This document shows positions 58,580-64,000 of a stretch of 64,000 nucleotides of DNA, piece after piece; within the stretch, counting starts at the first letter, position 1, and every line of letters starts with the position of its first letter. Source of the DNA: Actinomycetota bacterium (GTDB lineage: Bacteria > Actinomycetota > Actinomycetes > Mycobacteriales > SCTD01); contig JAHWJP010000001.1 of the NCBI GenBank assembly GCA_019348355.1, positions 12,752-76,751 on the forward strand. The letters run 5' to 3'. A program made the translations under genes and the position numbers. Below the pieces are notes generated by a model. The model had not been told where the DNA came from. It ran no database searches and worked only from the letters and a program-made list of their open reading frames with translations.

Positions 58580-58885
58580 TCAACCCTCCGACAGCACGGC
58601 GACCAGCTGCTCGACGGTCGGCGCGCCGGCCAGCCCGTCCGGCGTGCGGAACATCCGGCAGGCCAGACCGGTCGGCGCTCCCGGCTCGGCGAACGGGTCG
58701 CGCCCGTCGACCAGCACCGTGGGCGAGCCTCGAAAACCGAGCTGCTCGGCCTGCTCCGGGGTGGTGACCTGCCGGCGGGTCACCGGCTGGTCGGGGTGGC
58801 CGGTGAGCGCCAGGGCCTCCAGGAGTCGCTTGTCGGCCAACTGCCAGCTGGGGCAGCCGTCGAAGTACAGCAGGGTGACCTCCAT
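58580..58885 (-). CDS. small thioredoxin-fold protein (101 aa), function unknown
   Basis: MEVTLLYFDGCPSWQLA...GSPTVLVDGRDPF is a glutaredoxin/thioredoxin-like pattern. The rest of the 318-aa track ORF was rejected. Confidence 0.6.
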   Translation of the reverse strand: MEVTLLYFDGCPSWQLADKRLLEALALTGHPDQPVTRRQVTTPEQAEQLGFRGSPTVLVDGRDPFAEPGAPTGLACRMFRTPDGLAGAPTVEQLVAVLSEG

Positions 58886-58911
58886 CTGGTCAGTGTCCCC
58901 CGGAACTGGCC

Positions 58912-59874
58912 TTACGCCTTGGTCTCGCTGGCGGCGTGCTCCGGTCGGGCCTTGCGCCGGTGGAGCGTGAGGTTCATGACGACCACGGCGGCGGCGCCGA
59001 CGACGAGCCCGAGGAGCGCGCTGCCCAGCGTGTTGACCAGCCAGCCCACCACCGAGCCGAGGGCTCCGGTCGCCTCCTTCGCCGCCTCCTCCAGCCCGTG
59101 TACGACGTCGTACAGGAAGGTCAGGCCAAGGTCGTCGGTGCCCAGCAGCAGGATGTGACCGCCGACCCACAGCATCGCGGCGGTCCCGACCACGGTGAGC
59201 GCGGTGAGCAGCCGCGGCATCGCCTTGACCAGGCCGCGGCCGAAGGCGGCCAGGCCCTTGCCGGGGGACTCGGCCAGACGCAGTCCGGCGTCGTCCATCT
59301 TCACGATGAGGCCGACGACGCCGTAGACCAGCACGGTGATGCCGATCGCCACGACCGTGAGGATCACCGCCCGGGACACGAACGGCTCGTCGACGACCTC
59401 GTTCAGCGAGATGACCATGATCTCCGCCGACAGGATGAAATCGGTGCGCACCGCTCCGGACACGACGGTGTCCTCGTCCGGCAGAGCGGCCTCGCCGGAA
59501 GCGGCGGCGTCGTGGTGGCCACCGAACTTGGCCCACACCTTCTCCGCCCCCTCGTAGCAGAGGTAGGTGCCGCCGAGCATCAGAATCGGCGTGAGCAGGA
59601 CCGGCAGGAACTGGCTGAGCAGGAGCACGGCGGGCAGGATGATGAGCAGCTTGTTGCGCAGCGACCCGAAGGCGATGCGCCGGATGATCGGCAGCTCGCG
59701 CTTGGCAGCCAAGCCACGTACGTACTGCGGCGTCACGGCGGCGTCGTCGACGACGACACCCGCAGCCTTCACGCTGGCCCGGGCAGCACCGACCCCGATG
59801 TCATCGACGGACGCGGCGGCTGCGCGCGCCAGCACCGCCACGTCGTCCAGCAGAGCTACCAGTCCACCACTCAC
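58912..59874 (-). CDS. DUF808 (YedI-like) membrane protein
   Basis: LVALLDDVAVLARAAAAS...VVVDDAAVTPQYV...RELPIIRRIAFGSLRNKL...YLCYEGAEKV. GTG 59874 with GGAAGGA upstream. Confidence 0.85.
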   Translation of the reverse strand: MSGGLVALLDDVAVLARAAAASVDDIGVGAARASVKAAGVVVDDAAVTPQYVRGLAAKRELPIIRRIAFGSLRNKLLIILPAVLLLSQFLPVLLTPILMLGGTYLCYEGAEKVWAKFGGHHDAAASGEAALPDEDTVVSGAVRTDFILSAEIMVISLNEVVDEPFVSRAVILTVVAIGITVLVYGVVGLIVKMDDAGLRLAESPGKGLAAFGRGLVKAMPRLLTALTVVGTAAMLWVGGHILLLGTDDLGLTFLYDVVHGLEEAAKEATGALGSVVGWLVNTLGSALLGLVVGAAAVVVMNLTLHRRKARPEHAASETKA

Positions 59875-60663
59875 GACACGTCCTTCCGGTTCCTGCAGCG
59901 CCCTTGCGCCCACGGGCTTCGTCGCCGTGTGCCCGTTCCGGTCTCACGGTAGTCCGGCAGATCCGAAGCCGAGCGTTCAGCATCGCGTCGGAGCGCCGCC
60001 GGCCACCGCACCCAGCCGGTCGTGTCGCCGGCCGCGCCTTTCGGACAACCCTTCCGGTTGTCCTGGACGACGTGATGTCAAAGCCCTGCTGCTCGGTCGG
60101 TGGTGACGATGCTCGATCGTGGACGACGTAATCGGACTGGTTCCGGGTACGTCGATTCGGGAGTGCGAAGAATCACCCGATTGGCGGATGTGTTCCGCGC
60201 GCTGAAGCGTGAAAACTCGCGTAATGGAAGCACGGGAGCGCGATATGCCGACACGTGAGCACCTGACGCCGGCCGAGGATCGGGACTTGCGGGTCCTTCA
60301 CTGGCTCGCGTCCTTCGGCGCGGAGCTGTCCCCTGCCCGGGCAAGCCTCGTCGCGGAGCTTCGGGAACGCGATCTGCGGGCCACTGTTCGTGAGCCGGAC
60401 CAGGCCGTCCAGCCCTGGAGCTAGGGGGTCGGTCAAGGGGCCGTCGGAGTTGATGCTCCGGGCGGACCCCCGCCTTATCAGCCGCTCCCGCGCCTCCGTG
60501 GTGCTGTCCGGCCAGTACACCAGCGTCCTGCCACGTCGTCATAACGGCTCACGGGGCCGGAGGCCAACGCGTGATGACTTCGGCTCGGATCGCTCATAGC
60601 CGCTCCCCCCTCCCGGATCTGAAGTACGCCTCATCACCGAGGTAGAAGCGACCGCAACGCCGA

Positions 60664-61104
60664 CTACTGCAGCGGGAACGGCGGCTGGCGCCAGGGTGGG
60701 TCCTCGACGACTTCGATGGCGGCCACCCACTTCACCCACCAGAAGCCGCGCCGCCCGGGGGCGACGAGCCGCCGGGGTGCCCCGTGTCCCGGCGACAGGG
60801 GCTGCCCCCCTGCTGAGGTGGCCAGCAGGAGCTCCCCGGCCTGCTCCACCGGGAACCTGCGGCGGTACCCCGTGGTGGAGATCACGTCGATGCTGCGAGC
60901 CCCAGCCGGCGCCGCACCGAGGAGTCGGTCGAGGTGGATACCGCGCCACCGCTGGGTCGCGAACCATCCGCCGGTGCAGTCCAGAACGGCCTCGACCTCG
61001 TCGTCGAGGACGCCGAGCTCGACCGGCGCGCCGTTCACGAGCAGCGGCGCGTCGCGCTGCGCCCGAGGCGGCACCACGTCGGTGAACCACTGCGTCACGG
61101 GCAT
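60664..61104 (-). CDS. molybdopterin-dependent (sulfite-oxidase-fold) oxidoreductase catalytic domain
   Basis: LDCTGGWFATQRWRGIHLDRLL...LLATSAGGQPLSPGHGAPRRLVAPGRRGFWWVKWVAAIEV matches the Moco-domain pattern (C..gW...W.G..., G.P.RLV.P, KW). The ATG at 61104 may not be the native start. Confidence 0.75.
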   Translation of the reverse strand: MPVTQWFTDVVPPRAQRDAPLLVNGAPVELGVLDDEVEAVLDCTGGWFATQRWRGIHLDRLLGAAPAGARSIDVISTTGYRRRFPVEQAGELLLATSAGGQPLSPGHGAPRRLVAPGRRGFWWVKWVAAIEVVEDPPWRQPPFPLQ

Positions 61105-61462
61105 GGGTCACCAGGTGCCTGGCCAGAAGCGGGATCGCGAGCAGGGCCGTGGCCACGTGGACCTGGAGGGCCGTGATGCCCAGGACGGTGGTGAAGCCGG
61201 CGACCTCCTGGACCACCCCGGTGCTGATGCTGATCAACAGCAGGACGCTGAGCAGCCAACCGGCGCGTCGACCCGGATGTGCCGGGCGGGTCAGGCCCCG
61301 CCGCGCCACCGCCTGCTTCCACGGCACCAGCAGCAGCAGCGCCAACCCCGAGGCCGCGTGCGCAGTGGTGACCAGCGACGTCGCGGGCGCGATTCCCGAA
61401 CGGGGGAGCGCCGCCCGGCCAGCGGCCGTACGGGTGCCCAGCCCGGAGTCGCCTTCGTCAAC
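61105..61462 (-). pseudogene. three-TM N-terminal segment, out of frame with the downstream Moco domain (apparent frameshift)
   Basis: A frame with strong G/C third positions encodes TM helices (LVTTAHAASGLALLLLVPW, GWLLSVLLLISISTGVV, VLGITALQVHVATALLAIPLLARHLV). It runs past 61104 into an Arg/Ala-rich nonsense frame. The Moco frame is +1 relative to it. Confidence 0.45.
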
Positions 61463-61553
61463 TCCTCGCGGTCCGTGGGGCTCAGGGTGCGGTGTCAGGG
61501 CCCCCTCGTCATACGTGTACGTTGATGCCCCCTGGCCCCGGAGGACGTGCAGC

Positions 61554-63248
61554 ATGACCCGAATCGCCGTCTGCGGCGGCGTCTACTCCAACCCCTACGC
61601 CCTGCGTGCCTTTCTCGCTGACGCCCGCGCGCGGGGCGCCGACGAGCTCTACTGCCTGGGTGATCTCGGCGGCTACGGGGCCGAGCCGGACGCGATCTGG
61701 CCCCTGCTGGTGGACAACGGGGTGACGGTTGTCGCCGGCAACTACGACGTCGCCATCGGCCGCGGCGACACCGACTGCGGTTGCGGCTACTCCGATCCCC
61801 GCGACAACGAGTTCGCCCAGCTGATGTACGACTTCACGCTGGCCCACACCAGCGCCGACTACGCGCAGTGGATGACGACGCTGCCGACCGAGCGCCGCTT
61901 CGAGCGGGACGGCGTGGACGTGCACCTCGTGCACGGCTCGACGCTCGCGCTCAACGACTTCTGGTGGGAGTCGCTGCCGGAGGACCAGCAGCGGCTGCGG
62001 GTGCAGGCCTCCGGCGCCGACCTGATTTTGTGCACCCACTCCGGACTGCCGTGGCAAAAGCGCGTCGACGACACCCTGGTGGTCAACGTCGGCGTCCTCG
62101 GCCGGCCGGCCAACGACGGCCGCCGCGAGGTCTGGTACGCCATCGTCGACCTCGTGGACGGCCGCGCCACCGCCGAGCTCGTCCCGCTCGACTACGACTG
62201 GCAGGCGCAGGCAGCCTCCATGCGCGCCGGTGGGCTGCCCGATGCTTTTGTCGAGACGGTCGAGTCGGGCTGGTGGACAACGTGTCTGGAGATCGTCCCG
62301 CCGTACGAGCGCAGCAAGGGCCGCTATCAGCTCTACCGCTCCGCCCTGCCGTCGGGCTTCGAGGCCGAAGCGGTGTCCTGGGCCGACGCGCCCGAGGTCG
62401 TCGACGACGGGCTGCCGGTGGTGCCGCTGTTCGGCTCGCCGATGTTCCCGCCGCGGCTGTGGCTCTACACCAACTTCCACTGCAACCTGGCCTGCTCGTA
62501 CTGCTCGGTCGCCAGCAGCCCGCAGGCACGCAAGCGCTCACTGGGGCTGACCCGGGTGAAGGCGCTCGTCGACGAGGCGGTGATGGAGGGGTTCACGGAG
62601 ATCTACCTCACCGGCGGTGAGCCCTTCCTCGAGCCGGACATCGTCGAGATGGTGATGTACGCGACCGAGCGCCTCGACGTCGTGCTGCTCACCAACGGAA
62701 TGCTCTACCAGGGCTGGCGGCTCGAGCAGCTGAAGCGGCTCGCCGGCCGGGAGCGGCTCGTGCTCCAGACCTCGATCGACGCCGCATCACCCGAGGGTCA
62801 CGACGTCAACCGGGGCCGCGGCTCCTGGCAGAAGGCCATGGACGGGCTGCGCCTCGCGGTCGACATGGGCCTGCCGGTGCGCGTCGGCATGACCGAGACG
62901 CCGGAGAACACCGGCGAGGTGGAGCCGCTTCGTGCACTGCTCGCCACGATGGGCATCGTCGGCAAGGACTTCGCCGTTCGACCGCTCGTCCAGCGCGGCT
63001 TCTCGACGACCGGCGCCGAGATCGGCGAGGACAACACCGTGCCGGAGCTCGCCTACACCGCCGACGGGGTGCACTGGCACCCGGCCGGCGCCGACGTCGA
63101 GACCAGCCCCGACATGCTGCTCGCCGCCCACCCGTCCGCCGACACCCCCGTCCCGCTCGCCGAGGGCAAGCGCCTGGCCGTCGAGCGCTTCCTCACCCTG
63201 CGGCGGGCCGACGGCTCGCTGCCGCTCGTCTACAACTGCGCCGTCTGA
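61554..63248 (+). CDS. fusion protein: divergent metallophosphoesterase domain + radical SAM domain (564 aa)
   Basis: GGAGGA 8 nt upstream of ATG 61554. N-terminal MPP motif order (CLGDLGGYG, GNYD, HGS, CTHS, VNVGVLGRP). C-terminal CNLACSYC (Cys at 62481-62504), TGGEPFL and SIDA...GH...RG. One uninterrupted frame. Confidence 0.85.
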   Translation: MTRIAVCGGVYSNPYALRAFLADARARGADELYCLGDLGGYGAEPDAIWPLLVDNGVTVVAGNYDVAIGRGDTDCGCGYSDPRDNEFAQLMYDFTLAHTSADYAQWMTTLPTERRFERDGVDVHLVHGSTLALNDFWWESLPEDQQRLRVQASGADLILCTHSGLPWQKRVDDTLVVNVGVLGRPANDGRREVWYAIVDLVDGRATAELVPLDYDWQAQAASMRAGGLPDAFVETVESGWWTTCLEIVPPYERSKGRYQLYRSALPSGFEAEAVSWADAPEVVDDGLPVVPLFGSPMFPPRLWLYTNFHCNLACSYCSVASSPQARKRSLGLTRVKALVDEAVMEGFTEIYLTGGEPFLEPDIVEMVMYATERLDVVLLTNGMLYQGWRLEQLKRLAGRERLVLQTSIDAASPEGHDVNRGRGSWQKAMDGLRLAVDMGLPVRVGMTETPENTGEVEPLRALLATMGIVGKDFAVRPLVQRGFSTTGAEIGEDNTVPELAYTADGVHWHPAGADVETSPDMLLAAHPSADTPVPLAEGKRLAVERFLTLRRADGSLPLVYNCAV

Positions 63249-63283
63249 CCCTCCCTCACCCCCCTCTCCCGGATCGGATCGCG

Positions 63284-64000
63284 ATGTCGCTCGGACAGTC
63301 ATATCAACGCAGACTTGTGAGCCTCGCGGCCATCGCGGTGCTGGCCCTGACCGGCTGCGGCAGCAGCGGCTCCAGCGCTGACACCGCGACCGAGCGGCCG
63401 ACCCTGCGCTTCGCGGTCGGGCCGTTCCTGCCGAGCCCGGCCGACACGCGCTCCGCGTACGAGCCGTTCTTTCGAACCATCGCCGAGAAGGTCGGCGCCG
63501 ACTACGAGCTCGAGGTCAGCAGCGACTACGCCGGGCTCGCCGTCTCCCTCGCCAGCGGCAAGACCGACCTCGCCTGGATGGGGCCGTTCGGCTACGTGCT
63601 GGCCGCCGACAAGGGTGGGGCAGAGGCGATCGCGACGGTGGAGTACGACGGCAAGCCGGTCTACAAGTCGATCGTCGTCGCACCGGCGGACACCAAGGTC
63701 ATGGACTATCCGCGCGACGCCAAGGGCCTGCGGATGTCGTTCGCCGAGACGGCCTCGACCTCCGGCTGGCTCATCCCCACCTACCTGCTGAAGCAGGAGG
63801 GCATCGACCCGAAGACCTACTTCGACTACAGCGAGGGCGCCGCCCACCCGGCGCAGGAGACCGCGGTGGCCAACAACAAGGTCGACCTCGCCACCGACTT
63901 CGACCGCAACCGCAACGCCATGATCGACGCCGGCACGATCAAGGCTGAGCAGAGCAAGATCGTATGGACCTCGCCAGACCTGCCCAACGACGCGATCGCG
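63284..64000 (+). CDS. phnD: PhnD-type phosphonate/phosphite/phosphate ABC transporter substrate-binding lipoprotein (3' end outside window)
   Basis: Lipobox LALTGC. ...LRFAVGP..., ...SDYAGLAVSLASGKTDLAWMGPFGYV..., ...TSTSGWLIPTYLL... Not in the ORF track because the frame is still open at 64000. Confidence 0.8.
   Translation, partial: MSLGQSYQRRLVSLAAIAVLALTGCGSSGSSADTATERPTLRFAVGPFLPSPADTRSAYEPFFRTIAEKVGADYELEVSSDYAGLAVSLASGKTDLAWMGPFGYVLAADKGGAEAIATVEYDGKPVYKSIVVAPADTKVMDYPRDAKGLRMSFAETASTSGWLIPTYLLKQEGIDPKTYFDYSEGAAHPAQETAVANNKVDLATDFDRNRNAMIDAGTIKAEQSKIVWTSPDLPNDAIA

Noticed and set aside
60173-60520. Overlapping small ORFs: 115 aa on the minus strand and 71 aa on the plus strand (60209-60424)
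   Set aside because: A hand count of G/C by codon position gives essentially the same values for both strands. Neither has a recognisable family or convincing start context, so neither is reported as a gene.

Overview
This is a very GC-rich chromosomal segment (third codon positions are almost all G/C), typical of an actinobacterium. I can support about 60 protein genes, one tRNA and no rRNA or CRISPR array. Most genes are on the minus strand and form a conserved housekeeping block: sigma70-dnaG-dgt, ppdK, glyQS, uppS-recO-era, ybeY-phoH, rsmE-dnaJ-hrcA, hemW, lepA, rpsT, holA-comEC-comEA, degV and leuS. As far as I recall, this order matches the dnaG-to-lepA/rpsT region of Mycobacterium and Streptomyces. 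Many neighbouring genes share GTGA or ATGA stop/start overlaps.

Several accessory pieces interrupt the block:
- a decayed gene cluster next to tRNA-Asn (1-3645);
- a znuA-znuC-znuB-zur operon with a Zur-type palindrome;
- an LPxTG surface protein;
- an AbiEi/DUF559-like gene bracketed by two copies of a 60-bp palindromic element;
- a convergent pair of small paralogous genes;
- two Uma2 endonuclease genes;
- a right-hand accessory stretch (55.7-64 kb) with TerD, a GMC oxidoreductase, DUF808 and a frameshifted membrane/molybdopterin oxidoreductase.

The most unusual item is a single ORF fusing a ligand-substituted metallophosphoesterase domain to a radical-SAM domain, immediately upstream of a PhnD-type binding lipoprotein.

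Non-coding signals seen directly are:
- an 80-bp inverted-repeat element present twice (13.2 kb and 36.1 kb);
- a CIRCE operator;
- strong hairpins;
- G-run tracts;
- a recurrent TANNNT hexamer 5-8 nt before start codons, which implies many leaderless mRNAs.

Most long ORFs in the six-frame track are antisense or off-frame shadow ORFs of the real genes. All functional calls rest on motif and family recognition by eye. No database search was run.
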